A stretch of DNA of 64,000 nt from an uncultured Candidatus Saccharibacteria bacterium. Its GTDB lineage: Bacteria; Patescibacteriota; Minisyncoccia; UBA6257; 1-14-0-10-44-23. The notes beneath the pieces are model-generated. The model was not told the origin of the DNA and ran no database searches. It was given only the letters and a program-made list of their open reading frames with translations. The DNA lies in NCBI GenBank assembly GCA_964641225.1, contig CAZXKC010000001.1, forward strand, positions 23,268 to 87,267, read 5' to 3'. Positions 27,457 through 36,017 of this stretch are shown one piece after another (the first letter of the stretch is position 1; each line of letters opens with the position of its first letter). The position numbers and the translations under genes were made by a program.

Positions 27457-28044
27457 ATGGCAGAGATAAAGGTTTTAATTGAAGGATACGCTAAGAAACT
27501 CCAAAACGGCTGGGTAGCCAGTTCGACAGTTTGCTTGATTGCCGCAAATGGTAAGAGGATTATTACCGACCCTGGTTGTAACCGTTTTAAATTGCTCGAA
27601 GCTTTGGAGAAAGAGAATTTTAAAACTGGCGATATAGATTATGTTTTTATATCACACGCTCACCCCGATCACTCGTTACTCGCAGGAATTTTTGAAAATG
27701 CTAAATCAGTCACCTATGATTCAAATTTGATCTACGATAACGATTCATTGTCTGAATTTAATGAAAATTCATTAGGCCCTGATATTAAAATTGTGCAAAC
27801 GCCCGGGCACATGCTTGAACATATTTCTTTACTTGTCACCACTGAACAAGGAAAAGTAGCGATTGCGGGCGATGCCATCTGGTGGCTTGATGGCGAAGAG
27901 CAAAAATTCTCCGTTGATCAACCAGATCATTCGCAGGCCAAGGGTATGAACATGGAAACTTTAATCGAAAGCAGAAAAAAACTTATTGCGCTTGCTGACT
28001 ATGTTATTCCTGGTCACGGGAAAATGTTTAAGATAAGCAAATAA
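27457..28044 (+). CDS. metallo-beta-lactamase fold protein
   Basis: SHAHPDH, TPGH, AGD, PGHG. Confidence 0.9.
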   Translation: MAEIKVLIEGYAKKLQNGWVASSTVCLIAANGKRIITDPGCNRFKLLEALEKENFKTGDIDYVFISHAHPDHSLLAGIFENAKSVTYDSNLIYDNDSLSEFNENSLGPDIKIVQTPGHMLEHISLLVTTEQGKVAIAGDAIWWLDGEEQKFSVDQPDHSQAKGMNMETLIESRKKLIALADYVIPGHGKMFKISK

Positions 28045-28048
28045 ATAA

Positions 28049-29011
28049 ATGAAAGCTATTCGTATTCATGAGTATGGCGGATTAGATGTTCTTCAGTATG
28101 AAGACGCGCCCATTCCTGAATTTGGAGCCGATGAAGTTTTGATAAAAGTTTGCGCTGCCGGCGTTAACCCTATCGACTGGAAGACTCGTGAAGGTGGATT
28201 GAAAAAGATGCGGCCGTATCCTATGCCTGTTATTCTGGGTTGGGATGTTTCTGGTACTATTGATCGCATTGGTGCTGCAGTTACCGGTTTTAAGGTGGGC
28301 GATAAAGTTTTTGCTAAGCTCGATAGTAGTCGCAACGGCGGATATGCCGAGTATGCGGTGTCGAAAGGCACTGATGTGGCTCACGCGCCTAAAAGCATTC
28401 CGCTAGAGCACGCGGCCGGCATTCCGCTGGCTTGCCAGACAGCGTGGACAGGATTATTCGATAAAGCGAATTTGCAGGCAGGTCAGATGATTTTAATTCA
28501 TGCCGCCTCTGGCGGGGTAGGACACTTTGCTGTTCAACTGGCAAAAAATGCTGGCGCACGAGTGATTGCTACTACCTCCACTGCGAATGTCGATTTAGTT
28601 AAGTCGCTTGGCGCGGACGAGGTGATAGATTATAAGAAAGAAGATTTCAGTCAGCGAGTTAAAGATGTTGACGTAGTCTTCGATATGCTTGGTGGCGAAA
28701 GCCGTGCTAAGTCATGGCAGTGTCTCAAGAAGAGCGGTATTTTGGTATCCGTTGTAGCTCGCCAGGACCCATTTGATGCAGAGGTAGTAAAAAAGTTTGC
28801 GGTCCGAGCCGAACCGGTAGCGATGATAGCCAGTGGTGAGCGCTTACAAAAAATAGCTGACCTAGTTGATGCGGGTAAGCTTAAGGTGGTTATCGCCAAG
28901 GAATTTCCGTTGTCAGAAGTAAAAGCAGCGCACGAGTTAAGTGAATCGGGACATGTGGTCGGGAAGATTATTTTGAGTATATCGTTAGCTCCGGTTGAGC
29001 AACGACAGTGA
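28049..29011 (+). CDS. NADPH:quinone oxidoreductase (zeta-crystallin/MDR family)
   Basis: AAGVNPIDWK, ILGWDVSG, IHAASGGVG. Confidence 0.93.
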   Translation: MKAIRIHEYGGLDVLQYEDAPIPEFGADEVLIKVCAAGVNPIDWKTREGGLKKMRPYPMPVILGWDVSGTIDRIGAAVTGFKVGDKVFAKLDSSRNGGYAEYAVSKGTDVAHAPKSIPLEHAAGIPLACQTAWTGLFDKANLQAGQMILIHAASGGVGHFAVQLAKNAGARVIATTSTANVDLVKSLGADEVIDYKKEDFSQRVKDVDVVFDMLGGESRAKSWQCLKKSGILVSVVARQDPFDAEVVKKFAVRAEPVAMIASGERLQKIADLVDAGKLKVVIAKEFPLSEVKAAHELSESGHVVGKIILSISLAPVEQRQ

Positions 29012-29588
29012 GCCAGGCGTTAACAAAGGTCTTTTTTGATACTGTAAATTTCGGTCCGACAAGCGGATCGTGTAAATAGACGTAATCTTTGTTTGCATCG
29101 AGTACTACGACTTGATGCAGACTGAACCCTGTTAAACCGCGTAGGCTTCGTGAATCAAGTACGACCGCACAAACTTTGTTTTCCGCGAGTGCGTTCGTAA
29201 GCTGCTCGTATGTTGGTTTCTCTCGGTGATGCAGGAAGTTTTTATGCTTTATGACTTCTTTGATTTGTTCGGGATAGACAGTAATATCTTTTGCGTTCTT
29301 GATATAAAAATTAAATTCATTATCTGAAACTGATTTTCGTAAACCTTCTGTGCCTTTTTCGGCCCAAAGCTTGTAATCAATGAGCTCGTATTCTTCAATC
29401 TTGATCCCACGATCCATAATCCATTTCCAAAACTTAAAAGCCCAGACTACGTAATTGGGTTGCCAGTCTGCAATTTTTTTCATCTCTTCCGAAGTTACTT
29501 CAGGAAAGAAGTATTTTGCCACCATTGTGTAACAGGCAAGAGCACAAGCTCTGTCGTCGATTTGTTTTTCGTAGGGAATTTGAAGCAT
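28968..29588 (-). CDS. peptidase C39-like protein
   Basis: Q..RACALAC, HQVV, YLHDP (Cys-His-Asp). Confidence 0.75.
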   Translation of the reverse strand: MLQIPYEKQIDDRACALACYTMVAKYFFPEVTSEEMKKIADWQPNYVVWAFKFWKWIMDRGIKIEEYELIDYKLWAEKGTEGLRKSVSDNEFNFYIKNAKDITVYPEQIKEVIKHKNFLHHREKPTYEQLTNALAENKVCAVVLDSRSLRGLTGFSLHQVVVLDANKDYVYLHDPLVGPKFTVSKKTFVNAWLTVVAQPELTIYSK

Positions 29589-29591
29589 TTA

Positions 29592-30155
29592 CTAAATCAG
29601 ATTTGCTAACAATTCTGGAAATTGATCGGTCTTCATGCTTCCAAGAGTGAAGTGTTTTTTTCCTTTAAATTCTTGGAATTTGGCATTCTTTATTTTCGAT
29701 CTAAGCGCTTCAACGCTTTTCAGCACATCAGCATAGTCATCGGTCGAATACATGATTGTAAGCCCTTCTGTTTTTGCAACCAGATTTTCGTCTATTTCAA
29801 ATTTGAAAAAGTTGGGATCAATCATATGTTCTGGGTCAAGCCATGGGGCTACCAAAACAACCCTCCCAACTTTTACATTGTTTTCGCTCAAGTAGCGCAC
29901 GAGAAAACCGCCGCCACAGCTATGTCCTACAAGCATGGTGTTTTCATTGAGATCAAATCTCTCAAGCATCTTTTTCCATGCTTCATAGTTTGGCTGATAG
30001 AAACCGGGCATTTCCGGAGCTTGCGCTTCGATGCCTTTCAAGAGGAGCTGTCTTTGAATCCATGCTATCCAATGATCATTGGACGCTGCTGGGCGAGCGG
30101 CATCAAAGTATTCAGCCTTATCATTATAGCCGTGGATGATGATTGCTGTTTTCAT
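29592..30155 (-). CDS. RBBP9/YdeN-family alpha/beta hydrolase
   Basis: IIHG, VGHSCGG, VLVAPW, STDD, KHF. Confidence 0.88.
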   Translation of the reverse strand: MKTAIIIHGYNDKAEYFDAARPAASNDHWIAWIQRQLLLKGIEAQAPEMPGFYQPNYEAWKKMLERFDLNENTMLVGHSCGGGFLVRYLSENNVKVGRVVLVAPWLDPEHMIDPNFFKFEIDENLVAKTEGLTIMYSTDDYADVLKSVEALRSKIKNAKFQEFKGKKHFTLGSMKTDQFPELLANLI

Positions 30156-30490
30156 GTCTTTTTTAAAAATTCTATCTTGTTACCGTCTGGGTCAAGGATT
30201 GCAAAGTTTTTACCCCAGCTTTCTTCAGTTATTTCTTTATATATAGGTACACCCTTACTTCTTAAAGATTTATAGAGAGTATCGACATCATCAACTTCAA
30301 TGATAACGGTCTGATGGCCAGGGATCTCTCTTTCGTGTTCTTTCAGTTTTATACCTAGAAGAGCCTCTCCGATTTTAAAAGCTAGAAATTTTTCGTCTCC
30401 AAAAGCGAGCTCCCAGTTCATGGTTTCTCGATAGAATTTTCCAATCGAATCTACATTGTTCGTGTAGAAGATGCCGTAAGCAAGTTTCAT
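30152..30490 (-). CDS. VOC/glyoxalase family protein
   Basis: WGKNFAILDPDGNKIE; start reassigned to 30490. Confidence 0.85.
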   Translation of the reverse strand: MKLAYGIFYTNNVDSIGKFYRETMNWELAFGDEKFLAFKIGEALLGIKLKEHEREIPGHQTVIIEVDDVDTLYKSLRSKGVPIYKEITEESWGKNFAILDPDGNKIEFLKKT

Positions 30491-30648
30491 GAGTAAAGTA
30501 TGACTGAATTCAATGGAATTGCAAAAATGTCTTTCTGTGTACCATTTGTGCCATTTCCCGTATAATCCGGTTGATCTGAAGCGACCCGTTTCTATCCAAT
30601 TAATCGACTTCAGGGATCCCAAGGATCCTTATGGGGCCTAGGCGCCTA

Positions 30649-30673
30649 AGGTTCTGAACCTATACGGGGAGCC
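30649..30673 (+). other. tRNA-3'-end mimic (pseudo-attB arm), left junction of Element 3
   Basis: AGGTTCtgaaCCTAtacgGGGAGCC aligns without gaps to tRNA AGGTTCgatcCCTAcctccGGAGCC. Confidence 0.65.
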
Positions 30674-32258
30674 TAGTGACAAAATTCGAGTAACTTTTAG
30701 CTAAGACCCTTTTATCCATGGGCTTCTTAAGAGGTTCTAACCTTGCGTGTATTCGTTTTACCTCTTTAGCCGCCTTTTCGATCAATAAAAGTGGCGCAGC
30801 CACATGAATGCTCAATTTATTATCTTTTAGTAAGAGGTTCGAACCTAGTACGAAAACAATATTCCGTTTTTCCCTAAGTGTTGCGCTCGCGTAGCGTTTC
30901 GGGGCGCTCTCTGCAAAAGTGAAAACCTGCTCAGCTTTTTCTAGCCAGTTGTCTACGCGGCCATCAGTATCTTTTAATAATTCCTGTAAACGAACCTTCT
31001 CTTTTGAGAATTCCGATTTTTTACGCGCAAACTCCTCTTCGTTGAGCTCTCCCGCAGCTCGCATATCTATCAATGCATCTATCCGTTGTACGCAGGCGTT
31101 GTAATCGCGCTGGAGATTAGCCAGAATCTTATTCCGGTCCTCGACTTCGAACCTGCTTTCAGTCTTTAATTGATCGATTGCCCATTCTTTGAACTCTGGT
31201 GGGATTTCTATGGTGCCCAAAATGGCATTAATTTGAGACTCTAAGTCTTCTTGTCGGATATTCTTTTGTGAGCAAGCACGGTTTTTCTTTTTGGTGCAGT
31301 GGTAATAGGTGTACTGATGAACATTGCCATTTTTTTGGGTCTTAATCTTTTTTTCGGCGGTAATCATGGAATTGCACTCTGCGCAATGAATGAGGCCAGT
31401 ATAAGCGAACTCTTTAGTGTGTGGGCGCTGCTTGCCCTTGTCGCCGAGGATAACTTGAATTTTTTCGTATTCATCTTCAGTGATCATTGCCTCGTGTTGC
31501 CCCTTGTACCAATTACCACTATTTTTTGGAAATTCAAATGAGCCGTAATAAAAAGGGTCATTAAACATTCTGTAAATGTTACTCTCCGAAATTTTATTGC
31601 CAAGTCTGGAATGAAGTCCCCATTCGCTCGTGGCGATTTTTAAAATTTTAGGGGCGGTGTATTGGCCGGTCAACATTAAATCGAACATCTTACGAACCAA
31701 GTCGAATTTTTCAGGGTCTTTGATAATCTCTTTTTCGCCCTTTCGTTTAAAGGGATGATTCATGTATCCAAGGCTCGCAGGGGCAGGGTACCAACCTCGT
31801 TCTGCCTTTGCTCGTAATCCTCGTTTAGTATTAACACTTAAATCACGAATAAACTGGTTCGCCATACCAAACTCAACGCTCATCATTAGAACATTGTCGC
31901 CAGGATAATAACTTCGCTCAAATGTCTGGATGTGTTGGATAGAGCCTTGCTGCAACATCCAGCTGATCCGCCCGCCGTCTATAGGGTTGCGTGCTAACCG
32001 GTCGAGCTTCCAGCAGATAATGCCTTGTGCTTTGCCGCCTTGGACCGCATTAAGCATTTCATCGAAAACAGGCCGCCCAGGCTCTTTGGCGGATTGAGCT
32101 TCTGAATAGACCTTAAGAATCTCTAAGTCGCGTTGTTTGGCTAGTCTTGTCAGCTCATCGATTTGAGAATCGATTGAGGCGACTTGCTTATCCTCGCTCT
32201 CTGACGATTTCCGAGCGTATAGAAAGTACTTGATATCGCCTTGTTTAACAGGTGCCAT
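30660..32258 (-). CDS. large serine recombinase 3
   Basis: YFLYARKSSE, KLDRLARN, CAEC...YYHC, coiled coil; ends R-LPV* across the GGAGCC core. Confidence 0.95.
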   Translation of the reverse strand: MAPVKQGDIKYFLYARKSSESEDKQVASIDSQIDELTRLAKQRDLEILKVYSEAQSAKEPGRPVFDEMLNAVQGGKAQGIICWKLDRLARNPIDGGRISWMLQQGSIQHIQTFERSYYPGDNVLMMSVEFGMANQFIRDLSVNTKRGLRAKAERGWYPAPASLGYMNHPFKRKGEKEIIKDPEKFDLVRKMFDLMLTGQYTAPKILKIATSEWGLHSRLGNKISESNIYRMFNDPFYYGSFEFPKNSGNWYKGQHEAMITEDEYEKIQVILGDKGKQRPHTKEFAYTGLIHCAECNSMITAEKKIKTQKNGNVHQYTYYHCTKKKNRACSQKNIRQEDLESQINAILGTIEIPPEFKEWAIDQLKTESRFEVEDRNKILANLQRDYNACVQRIDALIDMRAAGELNEEEFARKKSEFSKEKVRLQELLKDTDGRVDNWLEKAEQVFTFAESAPKRYASATLREKRNIVFVLGSNLLLKDNKLSIHVAAPLLLIEKAAKEVKRIHARLEPLKKPMDKRVLAKSYSNFVTRLPV

Positions 32259-32406
32259 ATGCCTTAATTATACCTCCATTCTCTTTAGGGACCTTTGAAA
32301 TTAGCTGAACAGGGTTTACGTACAAAATTCTATTAATTTCCATGGTTTTCCATGATTTTTGGTCAGAATCCAATAGCCTAAAACCTTAGCATTCCTTAAC
32401 ATCTTC

Positions 32407-32628
32407 TTATGTTTTTAGGGGTAGTATCCTCGCTAGTTCATCTTGGACAGATTCCAAGGCCTTGGACATTCTTTGCCAATCAAGATGCGAGCCAATCTTT
32501 CTTGCATAAGCATCACCATAGCCCGCCTTAAGGGCAGACCGCCGAAGATTACTATAGGTATAGGCACTTTTATCCAGGTAGTAGGCGATGAATCGTATTT
32601 GCCGAACGAATTGTTGATTTGAAGTCAT
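32407..32628 (-). CDS. small hypothetical protein
   Basis: RSALKAGYGDAYA resembles terminase-small HTH motif. Confidence 0.55.
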   Translation of the reverse strand: MTSNQQFVRQIRFIAYYLDKSAYTYSNLRRSALKAGYGDAYARKIGSHLDWQRMSKALESVQDELARILPLKT

Positions 32629-32751
32629 ATAACTTTATAAGATAATTTCCGCATAAAATTACTTTCTGATATTCACTGTTAGTACGCTGTTATGCAGTTA
32701 AGCATATTTTTTAACGAGTCGAAAAATACACCAATAAATATCAGCAGGAAA

Positions 32752-33336
32752 TTAAGGGCTGTTATTCTTCCGGGCCCTTTCCTTCAAGAGGCGAATTGCC
32801 TCTGAGTCCCTCCAGGGATATAAAGATTCTTCATTCTTTAAAGTTTCTTTCTCTTTCTTTAAAGGTTCTTTAGAGTCGGCGGCTCGTTCGGTAGGCCGAA
32901 CACTTTGAGTACGAAAAAGTCCTGCTTTCATCTTTTTGAAATCATCGTTTAGTTCGGCTATCCGAACGCCTTGTTCGGTAGAGTGGACACTTCGTTCGGC
33001 AGATTGAACGGCTTGTTCGAGTTTCTTGATACTTTTGATATAGAAAATCTCAGGATAGGGGATGCCAAATTGCGTTCGGCTGTACTGCCTTAACCCACCA
33101 TTTTCTACCATTTTCTTACGAACTTCGGAGAGCTTACCCGTAGACCAGCCTGGCAGAAATTGTTCTTTAATCTCACGGATGGAGATATCTGATTTCCCAA
33201 AATTGACATGATCCTGGTCCCAATCACAATTTCCGCGATAAACCATTAAAAGGCGGTACTCCTGGTCCGTTAAGTTCTTGTCCTTCTCGAAATACTTTCT
33301 CAAAAAGTGGAAACTACCTTTCATTTTCATACTCAT
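32752..33336 (-). CDS. putative replication initiator (wHTH) with internal iteron-like repeats
   Basis: LTDQEYRLL...SIREI..WSTGKL; heptad repeats VQSAERS/VHSTEQG/VRIAELN. Confidence 0.55.
   Translation of the reverse strand: MSMKMKGSFHFLRKYFEKDKNLTDQEYRLLMVYRGNCDWDQDHVNFGKSDISIREIKEQFLPGWSTGKLSEVRKKMVENGGLRQYSRTQFGIPYPEIFYIKSIKKLEQAVQSAERSVHSTEQGVRIAELNDDFKKMKAGLFRTQSVRPTERAADSKEPLKKEKETLKNEESLYPWRDSEAIRLLKERARKNNSP
32886..33009. repeat. iteron-like imperfect palindromes GTTCGG-N4-CCGAAC
   Basis: Copies at 32886, 32952, 32973, 32994; last three spaced 21 bp. Confidence 0.7.
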
Positions 33337-33348
33337 AGTTACTGCCTG

Positions 33349-33507
33349 TTATTTGCTGGTTTTTAGTGGATTGGGGGCATATATCAATCGGACTAGCTCA
33401 ACTAGTCGCAGACCCTTTTCTGTCGCCTCTTGGGCGCTAATATCAACCCCAAAACGGGCTTTATAAAGCTCTTGGAAACGTTTTATTTGGGTTTCGGCGA
33501 GTTGCAT
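33349..33507 (-). CDS. small mobile-element protein (homolog of 13131-13319)
   Basis: Manually translated MQLAETQIKRFQELYKARFGVDISAQEATEKGLRLVELVRLIYAPNPLKTSK. Confidence 0.7.
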   Translation of the reverse strand: MQLAETQIKRFQELYKARFGVDISAQEATEKGLRLVELVRLIYAPNPLKTSK

Positions 33508-33783
33508 TTATTCGTTGTATAAACGAGCTTTAATTGCCTTCAGGGAAGCAAAATACGCCTGCGGCGAGACTCGCAAAGAACCATCCCAAAAGCCCTCTAT
33601 AAGGGCGTCTAAGCCCGCCGTTCGTTTGAATACAAAGTAAGCACGCCCGTGGCCGTCTGGCTTATCGATGCTCCAAAGAGGAACGAATAGATTTAGGGTT
33701 GCCGATAGGGGTAGATCGCTGCTGCGGTATAGGTTTTCTTCGGGAACGATTTCTGTTTTTATACTCATAAATTTAAAAGCCAT
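33508..33783 (-). CDS. DUF5659-like protein
   Basis: SSDLPLSATL...RAYFVF...FWDGSLRVSPQAYF..LKAIKARLY. Confidence 0.65.
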   Translation of the reverse strand: MAFKFMSIKTEIVPEENLYRSSDLPLSATLNLFVPLWSIDKPDGHGRAYFVFKRTAGLDALIEGFWDGSLRVSPQAYFASLKAIKARLYNE

Positions 33784-33828
33784 AGCTCTTCTGCTATGAC
33801 CTTATACTCCGAACCAAAATAGCCTATC

Positions 33829-34629
33829 TCAAGATTTAGACCCGAATCTCTTTCTATAGCGGCTTCTCGTATTTTGAATTTTTTTTCGCCTTTTTTTCTC
33901 AATAGGGCCGAAATTAGTACCTCTGATTTCGCCGAAAATCTTCTCCTGCTTTTCCCAATCAGAGAGTTTGTCAGTGTTCGTATCAAGCGCAAATAGCTTA
34001 CCAGCAATATTGATATTTTTTAGTGGGTAGAATCTTGCCCTCCCAAAATAAAAAGTTCTTGCACGCTCAATAAACTTCCATCCTTTTTTAATATCATCTA
34101 GCGAGGTGTCGTTGAAAATTTGCAGAGATAAACCCATCTTATCATCTGTCCAAATAGTAAAATTCTGGCTATCTAAATTTTCTCTGGGATCAATAAAATC
34201 GTGGGCGCCTATGCCAAGATGCTCTAATTGAGCATTGGCTTGAGCAAACGAAAAAATATGGTGAAAGACCAAAGAATCAATTTGCTGCTCCCAATATTTT
34301 ATCGGTTTCAATTCGTATTTTTTAACGATCGATAAAATTGTAGGGCGTATATCGGGATTCTTATCTTTTGCCCTATGATGATTGATTATTATCGGCCATA
34401 CTTCCTTTGCTTCTTCTACGCGCTTTCGCGGATACTTTTCTCTATAGGCACTTATTTCTTTGTCTACTTCCATTGCTCCGATATGCAATTCTTTAAATTT
34501 TTTCCGCACAGAAACAATGTCTTGTCGAAAATTTGGATTAGCTAATAACAATCTCATTTTTTGACCAATCTTTTTATTGACAATTTTTGCTTCTAAATCT
34601 GCGGTTTTTCTATCATCCTTCATACTCAT
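33829..34629 (-). CDS. hypothetical protein
   Basis: 266 aa basic ORF in the element backbone. Confidence 0.6.
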   Translation of the reverse strand: MSMKDDRKTADLEAKIVNKKIGQKMRLLLANPNFRQDIVSVRKKFKELHIGAMEVDKEISAYREKYPRKRVEEAKEVWPIIINHHRAKDKNPDIRPTILSIVKKYELKPIKYWEQQIDSLVFHHIFSFAQANAQLEHLGIGAHDFIDPRENLDSQNFTIWTDDKMGLSLQIFNDTSLDDIKKGWKFIERARTFYFGRARFYPLKNINIAGKLFALDTNTDKLSDWEKQEKIFGEIRGTNFGPIEKKRRKKIQNTRSRYRKRFGSKS

Positions 34630-34692
34630 TTCTCATAAGCCTAGCGCCAATCCCTAGCTTTCTCAAGCAGAAAAGAATATGGTGAGAGCAAC

Positions 34693-35475
34693 ATGCCTGA
34701 CCCGCGCGAATTGGTTATATATACTGACGGTTCAGCTCTACAGAACCCTGGTGGTCCAGGCGGTATAGCAGGAGTAGTTGAATTTCCTGAAAAATTTGCC
34801 ACCGAACCCAAAATCATTTTTCAGGAAGGATACGAAACGACAACGAATAATCGTATGGAGTTGTTAGGAGTTATTAAATCATTGCAATATGCAGCTACTC
34901 GGGCGCCTGCGTTTTCACCTATGCGTATTATTATTGTCACCGACTCAGACTACGTATATGGCAACTTAAATAGAGCCTTTGTCTGGAAAAAGCAGAAGTG
35001 GGTTAACGCGGATGGTAGGCCAATCGAAAATCACGACCTATGGGAAAAACTCTTACAAGTTCGCGCCAAAACTAGCGCAACGATTTCTTGGCAAAAAGGT
35101 AAAACTTCTGCGATTTTGAAAATGGTTGATAAGGCAGCGAAAGCAGCAGTAAAAATGGCGATATTAAAGACCGACTCTGGCTATAAAGGCGGGAAAGTCG
35201 CCCCCTCAAAGAATCACGGAGGGACCGCTTCAATGTTCTCACTACCACAAAAAAACGCTGTAGTTAGACTCTATCGCAAGCAGTATTCTGGAAAAGGTAT
35301 GTACAAAGTTTTTTTCGATTTTTACCGTGAGGAGGAATCACGCTACGATGGAAAGTATTATGCCTATATCAGCGACAAAAAACTCAGCGAGCTGCATCGC
35401 CAGCATCGCTTCCGAGTCACCTTCGTTAATAACCAAAAATACCCCGTCATTCAAGATATTGAACCTCTCTTGTAA
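34693..35475 (+). CDS. rnhA: ribonuclease HI with C-terminal extension
   Basis: IYTDGSA..NPGGPGG, TTNNRMEL, TDSDY, NHDLW, VDKAA. Confidence 0.85.
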   Translation: MPDPRELVIYTDGSALQNPGGPGGIAGVVEFPEKFATEPKIIFQEGYETTTNNRMELLGVIKSLQYAATRAPAFSPMRIIIVTDSDYVYGNLNRAFVWKKQKWVNADGRPIENHDLWEKLLQVRAKTSATISWQKGKTSAILKMVDKAAKAAVKMAILKTDSGYKGGKVAPSKNHGGTASMFSLPQKNAVVRLYRKQYSGKGMYKVFFDFYREEESRYDGKYYAYISDKKLSELHRQHRFRVTFVNNQKYPVIQDIEPLL

Positions 35476-35575
35476 TCGTGTCTCCTGAGCGAGTATTGGT
35501 TCGCGCCAATATCACTCGCCTTACAAGGGATTTGGTTGTATATTCAAAGTGATAAGAAGCTTAAATATTGTTTTT

Positions 35576-35950
35576 ATGGATAGAGAATTACAAAAATTAA
35601 TACTCGAAATTATTGCTGCAAATAATGGGATTGCAGAATGGAAGCATATCCGTGATAAGGTGTTAACGAGGAAATGGCGTAATGTCTCAGAACAAGAAAG
35701 AGGAGTTGCTAAGGTAACTATTAAACACCAGATGGACCTCATGGAGGGAGAAGGTGTCGTCATGCGTAAAGAACAAATACCTGATATTTATTACATTATG
35801 ACATCTTCGGGGCATAGAATTTTATGGGGTTTAATCCAAAGGAGCTGGTATTTTATTATTTTCAATAAGGAGCATAATGTTTTTTCTGTAATAGCCCTCG
35901 CGGTAAGCATTATTTCTTTAGTCGTTGGGTTCATTGCTTTATACCGTTGA
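35576..35950 (+). CDS. hypothetical wHTH-like protein with C-terminal TM helix
   Basis: ATG 35576; hydrophobic C-terminus. Confidence 0.55.
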   Translation: MDRELQKLILEIIAANNGIAEWKHIRDKVLTRKWRNVSEQERGVAKVTIKHQMDLMEGEGVVMRKEQIPDIYYIMTSSGHRILWGLIQRSWYFIIFNKEHNVFSVIALAVSIISLVVGFIALYR

Positions 35951-36017
35951 TTTTTAGTTCTCTTCAGCCGAGCACTTATTCACTCATAATCAATTATGAG
36001 TGTGCTAAAGTGAATAG

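Noticed and set aside
18645-35950. Intact prophage
   Set aside because: No capsid, portal, large terminase, tail or lysis genes recognisable
35957-35975. GTTCTCTTCAGCCGAGCAC as another att repeat before the RHS gene
   Set aside because: GTTC-to-core spacing is about 12 bp, neither 17 nor 22, and the core is imperfect
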